A DNA stretch of 64,000 nt from Candidatus Collierbacteria bacterium (GTDB lineage Bacteria; Patescibacteriota; Microgenomatia; UBA1400; MFAQ01): positions 9,164-73,163 of the forward strand of contig CAISER010000041.1 of NCBI GenBank assembly GCA_903884375.1, given 5' to 3'. The position numbers and the translations under genes were made by a program. Under the pieces are notes generated by a model that saw only the letters and a list, made by a program, of their open reading frames with translations, made no database searches and was not told where the DNA came from. Position 1 is the first letter of the stretch. Each line of letters begins with the position of its first letter. Shown piece by piece: positions 9,202-18,330 of the stretch.

Positions 9202-10767
9202 ATGTCCAACCTAAATCTTGCAACCACTGGTAAATACTTTACGCCGAAAGAGCGGGTAAAGCTCGTCATTGCGCTTCAGTTACGGATACTTGCCGAGAAA
9301 CCCAATAAAGATACAAAAAAAGACGAGGAGTCTACATTATCCGTATCAACCAGACGGGAGATACACGAGATTGTCAATTCATGTCCACAACGTCAGGCGT
9401 CGGACTATAACTTTTATGTTGACCTCAAGCAATATGTCTGGGAGCATATTGTTGATGAAATCCGAGAACATGTTCTTGCGATTGAGCTGATGAATGGCAA
9501 TATCGCTCCGCTTCGGTATTTATTGAGCATTAGTCCCTATCTATCAGAAATAGTCAGTGAGCTCAAACGGTTGCCCGTGATTGTCCAGAAAGAAGAATAC
9601 GACAAAGCTATCGTTGATGCGCGAATACACGAGCGCTCCGAAATACTGCCGCTTGATGGAGCATATGACCTTGCCAAACAGGAAGCATATTACCGTTTGA
9701 TTGGCGAAAAACTGATTGACACACCTGAATATGAGTCATATCGGGATTATATGGTTGTATTTGGTCGTTCAAAAGATGAGTTGTTTCAGGAGAAAGTCCA
9801 GTCTATCCGAAAAGATATCGATAAATATCAAAAACGAAAAGACCGTATGGGTGGTGAGGCTCCTTTCAATAATTACATTGAGCCCTATATTGGATTGTCA
9901 GATAAGGAAATAATCGAAAAAGTCGAAAAGGATTATCAGGGGTACTTTGATATTCCGGGAAAGGAAGAACATGACCGATGGGTGAGTTTAGTTGACGAAG
10001 AACGGAAACGGATTCAGCACGCGGTTGATATCGGTGCGCTTGTCAAAAAGAAAAATGGCATTGAATCTGGCAGCTATTACGACTGGAAAGACCGACGCCA
10101 GAAGTTCGCCGGAGACCCAGGCGTTGGAGACCGACATTGGAATCCGTTACATGAAGATTGTATGGAAATCGGATTTTCAGATGGAAAAGTTACGTCGGGT
10201 GCACGTGCCAAAAAAGGCGACTGGCGTCAAATTATTGCTGTGACCGTCCACAATAAAAACTCGATGGGGTATGCGGGAGATGATTTCGGTACGAAGCGAT
10301 TGGAGAGTGTCATAGATATGGTATCTGCACTTGTGCCGTTGGATGTATCGGATAAAGATTTTGACTCGGAGGAACGCAGGTTTTCTATTCGGGTTGGTGA
10401 TTATAAAGCGATGTTTCAAAAGTTTGCCAACAATACCCGCAGGGAAATACAGGAGATAGTAAATAAAATAGCGCTTATCAATGCGATAGAGGACATATAT
10501 TTTGATGGGATGCAGATTGTGGTTCCGGGTGAAATTGATGGGGTGTTGACGGTAGATAAAATGCTGCATCATGCGATGAATGTTATCTCTGAACACAACG
10601 ATGCAATCCGGGATATGATAATCAGTTTCAATAAATTGAGTTTTGGTTTCTGGGACTACAGATTGGATGACAAGGACTCATATTTGATTGACGCAAGTCC
10701 GGGTGTAGATGAAAAATGGGTTTATACTGAGCTTGAACAGGTGAAACTGAAACTACTCAGTAGATAA
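9202..10767 (+). CDS. hypothetical protein (element)
   Basis: 521-aa ORF with GAGGAG upstream; largely helical; no family recognised. Confidence 0.75.
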   Translation: MSNLNLATTGKYFTPKERVKLVIALQLRILAEKPNKDTKKDEESTLSVSTRREIHEIVNSCPQRQASDYNFYVDLKQYVWEHIVDEIREHVLAIELMNGNIAPLRYLLSISPYLSEIVSELKRLPVIVQKEEYDKAIVDARIHERSEILPLDGAYDLAKQEAYYRLIGEKLIDTPEYESYRDYMVVFGRSKDELFQEKVQSIRKDIDKYQKRKDRMGGEAPFNNYIEPYIGLSDKEIIEKVEKDYQGYFDIPGKEEHDRWVSLVDEERKRIQHAVDIGALVKKKNGIESGSYYDWKDRRQKFAGDPGVGDRHWNPLHEDCMEIGFSDGKVTSGARAKKGDWRQIIAVTVHNKNSMGYAGDDFGTKRLESVIDMVSALVPLDVSDKDFDSEERRFSIRVGDYKAMFQKFANNTRREIQEIVNKIALINAIEDIYFDGMQIVVPGEIDGVLTVDKMLHHAMNVISEHNDAIRDMIISFNKLSFGFWDYRLDDKDSYLIDASPGVDEKWVYTELEQVKLKLLSR

Positions 10768-10834
10768 TAAGCTAACGCAAATGTATTTTAAGCGTTCCGA
10801 GTTACAATAGGTGATAGTATAATGATTTATATAT

Positions 10835-13800
10835 ATGGCAAATACTGGCGGTGAACCGATTCCTGGCGCTTCGGGGTTTCCCACTGGGAAAGAGAATTTA
10901 TCTTCAGGACAATCAGAATTAAAATCCGCTATAAGCACCGGTCTTGATGCCTGTTTTGCTACTTTAGTAAATAAGGATATTGAGCCTCGTGATCGGGCTG
11001 GTGCAATCCGTCAATTTGAGAAAATAGTAAACGATTTATCTGGAGATGTTGCTATTATTATGAATGATGAACTTGTTCAAAAAACACAAGACCTAATATT
11101 TCAATCAATGACAGTTGACCCTGATAGATTTTTAACCTGGGGTCTAGATGAAGCAAAAAATATTTTGCAAATACTGCATCTGCCTCGGTCATTTCGTCAA
11201 ACTGACGATCGAATAAGTAGTCTGACTAGCCTGATTCAATTTACACAAGGTAGTTATCAAAGAAACAGGGTCGAAAATTTTGTAAAGCTATCAAAGCTAT
11301 TTGAAATACCTTCTCGAATAATTGATGACCCCGATATTCAACAAAAAATGCCCAGGTTAGATGTAGATTATAAAGGTAAATTCAAAACTTCACCTGATGC
11401 ATGTGCCGATTATTTGAATAATTGGTTTTCTAAATCTCAAAGATCTTCAGTTTTAGGCAAGGCAGTTCAATATTTTTGTGAAAATTATGTCCAATATCCT
11501 AGTGATAGCCCATCTTCAGGTATACATGATTTCGTTCAATTATTCTCATCAGTGCAAGACTTGTCGCTTTCAGAAATTCAACGGGTTATTACTGACGGTA
11601 TTGTTAAAAATATTGAATCCGAAGAGTATTTTCATTCAGAGCAGATCGTTACGTTAGCTACCGGATTTGAAGTAACGTCACAATTACAGCAAGATGTAAA
11701 CGCGATATCGGCCGCACAGAAAAGAATTATTAAAGAACTTGAAAATGGGAGAGAAAATTATGTTGCTCATAACGTTAACTTACTAGAAGATTTTTTTCAA
11801 TTTGGTCAAGAATTTAAATCGAGTATAGAATTCCAAGATGCCTTTAGTAAGGGTTTTGAGAAATATCTTCAAAAGAAAGCGTTTCGGCATCCAGATTATT
11901 CACCGGATGAAGAAGATGTAAACGAATGGAGATTATTATTTAATAAATTTGGTATATCACAAGAATTAAATGATCAGATTGTTGTTAATGCGATAAGGGC
12001 TGAATGCCGCGATCTTATTTCCGAAAATGAGCAGGGATATTCGAAAGGTGATGCTGATGTGGTTTTAGCGTTGACGAAGACAGAGTTTCTTCAAAATAAA
12101 CAATTAATCCTTAGGGAAGATGTCCAAAAAGATATTGTAGCGGCCATCGTGCATAAATTTGGCGTTCATGTATCGTCACAGTTTTTGGCAAAGATTCCTC
12201 TTACAAATGAGAGTTTGACGAACGAGGATATTACCGAGATTGCTAAATTAAAATTTCAAAAAGAAACACGCTCTGTGTTGTCACCTAATCGAGTAAATCT
12301 AGCAAAATCACTGCAGGAAAAATTTGGATTAGATCGATCGTTTGTGATTGAATGTTTGAGGAACGGAATTAGCCATGATGTTAATTTTGGTTTCAATTAT
12401 GACGGGATCAAATCTGCAAGAGAAGTCTTTCAATTAAGTGACGAGGAGTTTTTCCAATCTATTGCAGACGGACTTGTAATATCTACTCGTAGTAAGGAAA
12501 AGTATCATGGGAACTTGCCCGAACAATTGGAGCATTTGTTGGAAAATAGGAAAAAATATCCTGACAGCATTCCACCTGACGATATTTTATTAACTGCTTT
12601 ACCACTAGCTGTTCGAGATGTTTTAAAAACTGCGGATAAACCAAATGAAGTAATTGCTTTGAATAAATTTTATAGAACTTTAGATGGTCAGGCTGGAATA
12701 TTTGATAATAAGGAAGTACAAGACGCATACAAATTTGCTATCGAAAGATGGCTAGGGGCTGGAGATGTTTCTGCTGCACAAAAAATATGTAGCCTACTTA
12801 ATAAGGATAATAACCCAACGGTCAGTGATAGTACTTTGAAAGACGAATCAATTGGCAAACTGGTTGACGATATAGTGGCTAGATATATATTGGGAGAAAG
12901 CTCTTACGATTTACAATATGGCGCAATCCAGCTCCATGCTCTGGCTCCGTTTATTGATAGGCCGGTGAGAAATGAAGATGCAAAACAAAAATTAAATACT
13001 ATAATACTCAGCGCATATCAAAAAAGTTCCAGTGAATTAAAAGAGTTTTCTCAGCTGTACAGTGCCTTTCATCTGCCAGAAGAGGATCGAGTGAGATTAA
13101 CTGAATTATGTGTACAGACAAGTATGCATCCATCAAAAATAGGATCGGATTTGGTGAAATTGAATAATGCGTTAAACATTCTTGGAGAGCAAAATTCAGA
13201 AGCAGTTATATTGCAACGACTTCCTAAATATCTTGATACTGTAAAAACAAATTTTGCGCTTACAGGGATTGCTGAAATTTCTGAATTCGTTCGTGATCAC
13301 GAAGAGTACTTTGAATTTTTAGCGACCACTCCCGATACAGCGAGCCAATTAACACCCGAGGATATGAATTTGATAGTAAATATACCGATTGGAAAAGATA
13401 TGATTATTGCAGAACTTGCTAAACGAGATGGTATTGATCTTGCCAAAATAGAAACAGAAGAAGATTACCGAAGATTATTCACCGCGGTTCGAGGAAATTA
13501 TAAAGAATGGACAGATGAACAAAACATATCAGGTCCATTTGAAGCTGGCGCAAACATTTTTGGGTACAAACGCATGTTTGCTTATATACAGAGGGAGAAT
13601 TTGAGTTATCATGATGCACTTCATGCGTTTCAAAGTATCATTAATTTTTATCAAACTTCTGGTTTAACTCCCGATCAATTTTATGGTCAAATATTGAGCC
13701 ATGTTATGAGAGATGATGCTGTGTACAATGCGGGAACCGCTCACCATCAGTTGAATGAAATCGCAACGACACTTAACACAGATTATACTGAAAACCTAGA

Positions 13801-15745
13801 ATTAGCGAGAGAATTTTCTGATCTTGAGGGTGTTGGGGATTTGGCTACGTTATTTTCTTCACCTGAACAGGTATTCGCAAGCTGGAACAATCTTAAACGA
13901 TATAGCAAGTTGACCCAACTATTAGGAGAACGAGAGGTATTGGAGGCACTGCATGATATAAAAAATCCGAAATTACGCACGTATGTAACACGTCTTGCTT
14001 TCCATAGGGATAGTAAAGTCGATATACAAGCGGCGATCCAATTTGCTACAGATCCAATGGCATTCTTGGAGCGTGATGACGGGCATGCGCCACCGGAAGT
14101 TCATGATCGGAAAAAACCATCCAATTATATTGAAATTCCCAATCTTGACCTTACTGCACAAGAACTTGTTGAAGCCTTAGTTGATGGGAAAATGGATCCG
14201 CTCTCCGCGTTTACACCTATGGAGGTTGAATACACCGTTATTATTGATGAGGCGGCATCGCGACCGCATGAATTATTGAAACGAGCCCTTGGTGCCCGTG
14301 CGAAAGAAGGAGCGGATGCAATACCAGGTGAAGCGCGTGATCCCAAAAAACTATATTCAGAAGTTGGTCACTTGTTGAAACCAACTGGACTTAATGTCCA
14401 ACAATATCTTGCAGGGGTGGTCTTACCTGATACTGCGAAATCTGAAATCGAACAAAAACTCGTCACCATTCTGTTTAATGAACAATATGGGTTACGAAAA
14501 ACTGCGGTAAAAACCCAAACCTACGTTGCGAAAATCGGGAAGAAAAGCGATCCGGACATGGTGTTAGCCGGTGATGATACCGTTAACTGTATGCCGTTTG
14601 GATCAGGGAAAAACACGGTCTATACGTTTAATCCTAATACCGCACAATTTGTCCTCCAAGTTGTTCGACCCGACGGAAAACGACGAACCATCGCTCAAAG
14701 CGTTATCACAAAAGATATTGACATCAAAAAATCAATTCCAACTGTTATTCAACAATTGCAAGAAGAAGGCGGTCACTTAGTTGATGTGCTCCCTGAGGAT
14801 GCGCTTCTTCGACAATCTGCCATCATAGCATGCGATAATGTAGAAGTTTCTCCTAATTTTACTGATCAATCCGGAGTTATCACTGCACTCTATCGCGATT
14901 TTTTCCGGCAATATCTTGGGATTCACGCGAAAATTCAAAATTTACGGTCAGATTGCGTTATTGTTGGCGAAGGATATTCTGACGCACTTAATGAACTACC
15001 GGAAATTCCCAATACGTACGCACCACAGGCACCTGTAAGTTATTCAGATGCCACGGGATCTGAAGTGCGTACACTTGAGATGAGTGGAAAAGATCCATAT
15101 GTGATCCTTGAAAGTAATGTAACAGTTGACGAGTTACCACAAATACCAAAAGAAATAAGGCCCCCAATTGAGGGATTAGAATCACTGACGTTCGAACATG
15201 CATTACAAGTCGCCTATATTGAGGGTAAGGCATATTCAAGTAATACATCACTTATTCAATATCTCCACAATATGGAAAATGGGCTCATAGCTAAAGACAT
15301 CAATAATGCCGCAAAAGGACGACCGAATATGAGTCTTGCATATCGGGATAAAGCTGGAAAGATGCAAGGATATATGCTGGCCTACGAAGGAAAAATTAAT
15401 GATACAGATGTTGAGAACTACGCAAGTGAATACACAGAACAACCGTTTCTTTACATTTCCGATATCGCCTCGAATGTTTCTACCGGTGGAACAAATGATA
15501 CTGGATTAAGTCTCCTTCGTGGTTTTATCCAACTCTACAAACAACACTATATTGACGCAGGAAATGCAGTTCCTATATTTGCGCAAATGCGTGAAGAAAC
15601 ATCATATCGAATTGTCCAACGAGGACTACTCAATAGGTTGGTGCGCGATCTAGGTGTTGAGTTTGAGGTGGAAGAGTTGGAAACATATCAGGTAGGCAAT
15701 AGCACAATGCACCCCGTGATAATAAAACCGATAGGCGCGAAGTGA
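10835..15745 (+). CDS. very large hypothetical cargo protein; helical N-terminal half, possible GNAT-like C-terminal domain(s)
   Basis: 1636-aa ORF; C-terminal MQGYMLAY...FLYISDIAS...GLSLLRGF resembles an acetyltransferase fold (tentative). Confidence 0.8.
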   Translation: MANTGGEPIPGASGFPTGKENLSSGQSELKSAISTGLDACFATLVNKDIEPRDRAGAIRQFEKIVNDLSGDVAIIMNDELVQKTQDLIFQSMTVDPDRFLTWGLDEAKNILQILHLPRSFRQTDDRISSLTSLIQFTQGSYQRNRVENFVKLSKLFEIPSRIIDDPDIQQKMPRLDVDYKGKFKTSPDACADYLNNWFSKSQRSSVLGKAVQYFCENYVQYPSDSPSSGIHDFVQLFSSVQDLSLSEIQRVITDGIVKNIESEEYFHSEQIVTLATGFEVTSQLQQDVNAISAAQKRIIKELENGRENYVAHNVNLLEDFFQFGQEFKSSIEFQDAFSKGFEKYLQKKAFRHPDYSPDEEDVNEWRLLFNKFGISQELNDQIVVNAIRAECRDLISENEQGYSKGDADVVLALTKTEFLQNKQLILREDVQKDIVAAIVHKFGVHVSSQFLAKIPLTNESLTNEDITEIAKLKFQKETRSVLSPNRVNLAKSLQEKFGLDRSFVIECLRNGISHDVNFGFNYDGIKSAREVFQLSDEEFFQSIADGLVISTRSKEKYHGNLPEQLEHLLENRKKYPDSIPPDDILLTALPLAVRDVLKTADKPNEVIALNKFYRTLDGQAGIFDNKEVQDAYKFAIERWLGAGDVSAAQKICSLLNKDNNPTVSDSTLKDESIGKLVDDIVARYILGESSYDLQYGAIQLHALAPFIDRPVRNEDAKQKLNTIILSAYQKSSSELKEFSQLYSAFHLPEEDRVRLTELCVQTSMHPSKIGSDLVKLNNALNILGEQNSEAVILQRLPKYLDTVKTNFALTGIAEISEFVRDHEEYFEFLATTPDTASQLTPEDMNLIVNIPIGKDMIIAELAKRDGIDLAKIETEEDYRRLFTAVRGNYKEWTDEQNISGPFEAGANIFGYKRMFAYIQRENLSYHDALHAFQSIINFYQTSGLTPDQFYGQILSHVMRDDAVYNAGTAHHQLNEIATTLNTDYTENLELAREFSDLEGVGDLATLFSSPEQVFASWNNLKRYSKLTQLLGEREVLEALHDIKNPKLRTYVTRLAFHRDSKVDIQAAIQFATDPMAFLERDDGHAPPEVHDRKKPSNYIEIPNLDLTAQELVEALVDGKMDPLSAFTPMEVEYTVIIDEAASRPHELLKRALGARAKEGADAIPGEARDPKKLYSEVGHLLKPTGLNVQQYLAGVVLPDTAKSEIEQKLVTILFNEQYGLRKTAVKTQTYVAKIGKKSDPDMVLAGDDTVNCMPFGSGKNTVYTFNPNTAQFVLQVVRPDGKRRTIAQSVITKDIDIKKSIPTVIQQLQEEGGHLVDVLPEDALLRQSAIIACDNVEVSPNFTDQSGVITALYRDFFRQYLGIHAKIQNLRSDCVIVGEGYSDALNELPEIPNTYAPQAPVSYSDATGSEVRTLEMSGKDPYVILESNVTVDELPQIPKEIRPPIEGLESLTFEHALQVAYIEGKAYSSNTSLIQYLHNMENGLIAKDINNAAKGRPNMSLAYRDKAGKMQGYMLAYEGKINDTDVENYASEYTEQPFLYISDIASNVSTGGTNDTGLSLLRGFIQLYKQHYIDAGNAVPIFAQMREETSYRIVQRGLLNRLVRDLGVEFEVEELETYQVGNSTMHPVIIKPIGAK

Positions 15746-15840
15746 GAGCAAAATTTACTTGACCATTTCGCAATAGGAGCATCTGTGTAATTAACGCAAT
15801 ACAAACTTACTGAAATAGTCGTTTTATGGACAGGTCGAAC

Positions 15841-15863
15841 GCTGCTAGTAGGCAGCTTTTTTT
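15841..15863 (+). terminator. intrinsic terminator after the giant ORF
   Basis: GCTGCT-agta-GGCAGC followed by T7. Confidence 0.65.
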
Positions 15864-15915
15864 GTGGCAATTTTGGCGTATAATGCGCTTGAAGTAGAAA
15901 CAACGTGGAGGAAAT

Positions 15916-17331
15916 GTGGCAGACAATAACAAGCAAATAACAGAACCACCTTTTTCGATTTCCGAGGATGAACGGAATCGGATTGTTTCTTCGATCGAAC
16001 GCAAAATACAAATCATCAAAGATACCGCTACTAATAATGATTATTTTCTTCAGATCGGGGAGTTTTACAAATATCTGATTGGGAGCGATACCATGGTCCG
16101 TTTGATTGATGTGATGTTTTCGGAATTTCGGGATACACAAGCGGAATTTGAAAAATTACGTGGACAGGTCATGGAAGAGGTGAATAAAGTTTTCAATTCG
16201 CTCCTTGGTAAAATAAAGGAGCTCACGTTGTTGTCTGATGATGACATTGCTTTGATTGATGGATATTATAACGGAACGAAAACAAACATAAATAAAGAAG
16301 AAGCAGATAGGCTAAATCGTAATGAGTCCGCATTATTTCGTGCTGTTGCTGGATTTTACTCCTGGGCACGTGGAAAATCGCAAACACTTGGTGGAGAATT
16401 ATTGGAGTATAGTTTACTTCGTGCTACAGAGGATGTGGTAAACGCACTTTATAACTCTGACCATAAAGATTTAGTCCAGCAGTACGTTCAAATTGACGCG
16501 TCAAACCCCGAGAAGCCAATGATTGTCGGCTATAATATCGCTCCGACTGAAAGCAAACTCCGAGAGGAACAGACAATATCCCGTACGAAGTTGGAAGCCT
16601 CTCCGTGGCTTGCATACCAGCGCCTCAAACTTGTACCGCTTTGTCTTTATGATTACGCAGAATTCAAGGCCAAACTGAGCAAGGAAGACAAGCTGGCTGA
16701 TTACATGAATTTTACTGGGACTATGGGTGAATTGAGTGAAGTCATGGCAGGACGGCGCACGCATGAGGCTCATTATTTCCGGCGTGAGTTATACAACTCA
16801 TACCTCCAACGCGTCACCGATAAACTGATTGATTTGATGGATGCTGCGAGTCGCATACCAAAGGGTACACTGAAAAATGTTGACGATGCACCATCGAAGG
16901 AAATATCACTTATAGATATGCCCGAACGACCGAAACAACTCCCCAATAATGATGTAAACAGCGAGTTATGTGCAAAATACTCGTTCAAACCGTCTGATAC
17001 CGGTGGTTACATATTGCGTTACGGAAATAATGATACGGTATCTTTTGGTGAAAATGATGACCTTGCCCGGATGATGCAGATATTTTCCACTTATCCCGAG
17101 CAATGGATTGATTTCAAAACTATTTTTCATTACATGGGTTTTGACTACGAACGTGACCTAAAAACAAAAAATAAACCCTTGCATAAGTTAGTGCGACGGA
17201 TAATCGCAGACATCAGGGACAAAAAATTGAACGAGAAAAGTTTGGGAGACATGATAGTTATTCAATCTGGAAAAGTGGAGCATGGGCCTGTTGGTGAAGG
17301 CTGGTACAGGCTTCATTTCGAAGCTCCATAA
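15916..17331 (+). CDS. protein with C-terminal winged helix-turn-helix (putative regulator)
   Basis: TATAAT at 15879 and GGAGG before GTG; C-terminal ...IDFKTIF...LVRRIIADIRDK...GWYRL resembles an OmpR-type wHTH. Confidence 0.7.
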   Translation: MADNNKQITEPPFSISEDERNRIVSSIERKIQIIKDTATNNDYFLQIGEFYKYLIGSDTMVRLIDVMFSEFRDTQAEFEKLRGQVMEEVNKVFNSLLGKIKELTLLSDDDIALIDGYYNGTKTNINKEEADRLNRNESALFRAVAGFYSWARGKSQTLGGELLEYSLLRATEDVVNALYNSDHKDLVQQYVQIDASNPEKPMIVGYNIAPTESKLREEQTISRTKLEASPWLAYQRLKLVPLCLYDYAEFKAKLSKEDKLADYMNFTGTMGELSEVMAGRRTHEAHYFRRELYNSYLQRVTDKLIDLMDAASRIPKGTLKNVDDAPSKEISLIDMPERPKQLPNNDVNSELCAKYSFKPSDTGGYILRYGNNDTVSFGENDDLARMMQIFSTYPEQWIDFKTIFHYMGFDYERDLKTKNKPLHKLVRRIIADIRDKKLNEKSLGDMIVIQSGKVEHGPVGEGWYRLHFEAP

Positions 17332-17334
17332 CAT

Positions 17335-17381
17335 CTTCGTACACTTCGTATAGTTCGTATATCTTCGGTCAGTAATTCGTA
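17335..17381. repeat. TTCGTA direct-repeat array
   Basis: TTCGTA at 17336, 17345, 17354 and 17376; TTCGGT at 17364. Confidence 0.75.
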
Positions 17382-17511
17382 TAGCGAATCCTCGTGACGC
17401 TCCAAATCACATACTTTACTATGAGGATAGCACGTGGAAGTAATGTGAGACGAAATTGAAAGTGAAGTGAATCTTCGTTTTCCTCACAAAATACTTCCCT
17501 GACAGAAAAGT

Positions 17512-17844
17512 ATGGTCACGATTTCACAAATACAATTAGTACCGGTTCGCTTTACAAACGGTTTGACGTTCTTTGCCGATTTCGTTTTGGACAATCGGTA
17601 TTATATCGGCAATGTTGCCATTTACACACTGATTGATGGAACCGGATTTCGGGTTGTATATCCGACCAAAAAACTCCCTAACGGTCAACAAATCCCTATT
17701 TTCTATCCCACAGACAAAGACATTGCCAAAGAAATACAACAGTTGATTTCTGAGGAAGCAACGAAGTTGTTGCAACCGAAGGAACCAAACAAAACGAGAT
17801 ATTATTTTGGGACAAAAAAACCAGAGATTGAGGAGATTTTTTGA
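17512..17844 (+). CDS. SpoVG-family nucleic-acid-binding protein
   Basis: FADFVLDNRYYIGNVAI...GFRVVYPTKK...IFYPTDKDIAKEIQQLI follows the SpoVG pattern. Confidence 0.75.
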   Translation: MVTISQIQLVPVRFTNGLTFFADFVLDNRYYIGNVAIYTLIDGTGFRVVYPTKKLPNGQQIPIFYPTDKDIAKEIQQLISEEATKLLQPKEPNKTRYYFGTKKPEIEEIF

Positions 17845-17862
17845 AGGGAGGTGAACCAAGAT

Positions 17863-18276
17863 ATGCCAAAACTAACAGCCAGCAAGCGAGTATTGCCTGA
17901 TGCCGGAAAGCACATGTGTGTGTTGATGGGGGTTTCCGAAGTAGAAAACAAGTTTTATGACCCCAAGAAGGATAAGGCGGACAAAGCGAAACGGCTTGAG
18001 TGGACGTTTCAATACGAGAAAAAGCCGGAGATGCAGATACGGGTATGGTCATCAGCCAACTTATCTATCTACAAAGGTATCAAAAGTAATGCGCTACGCA
18101 TGACGGAAGCGCTACTTGATAAAGAGCTGACGAAGAAAGAAATGGACGAGGGAAATGACACGGACAAGCTCATCGGTAAGAAATGCTTTCTCGAAGTGAA
18201 ACATTTCAAACAGGATGACGGAACGGTATTTGCTAAAGTACGGGATTTTGAAAGTGAAAGTGGAATCCCATTTTAG
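17863..18276 (+). CDS. phage-type single-stranded DNA-binding protein (DUF669-like)
   Basis: LPDAGKH start, beta-rich body, LIGKKC, acidic tail ending IPF; directly upstream of the primase. Confidence 0.6.
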   Translation: MPKLTASKRVLPDAGKHMCVLMGVSEVENKFYDPKKDKADKAKRLEWTFQYEKKPEMQIRVWSSANLSIYKGIKSNALRMTEALLDKELTKKEMDEGNDTDKLIGKKCFLEVKHFKQDDGTVFAKVRDFESESGIPF

Positions 18277-18330
18277 CCTTGATGGTCGGACGTATTTCTA
18301 GGATGCGTCCGGCAATAAGGGTTGAAATCT

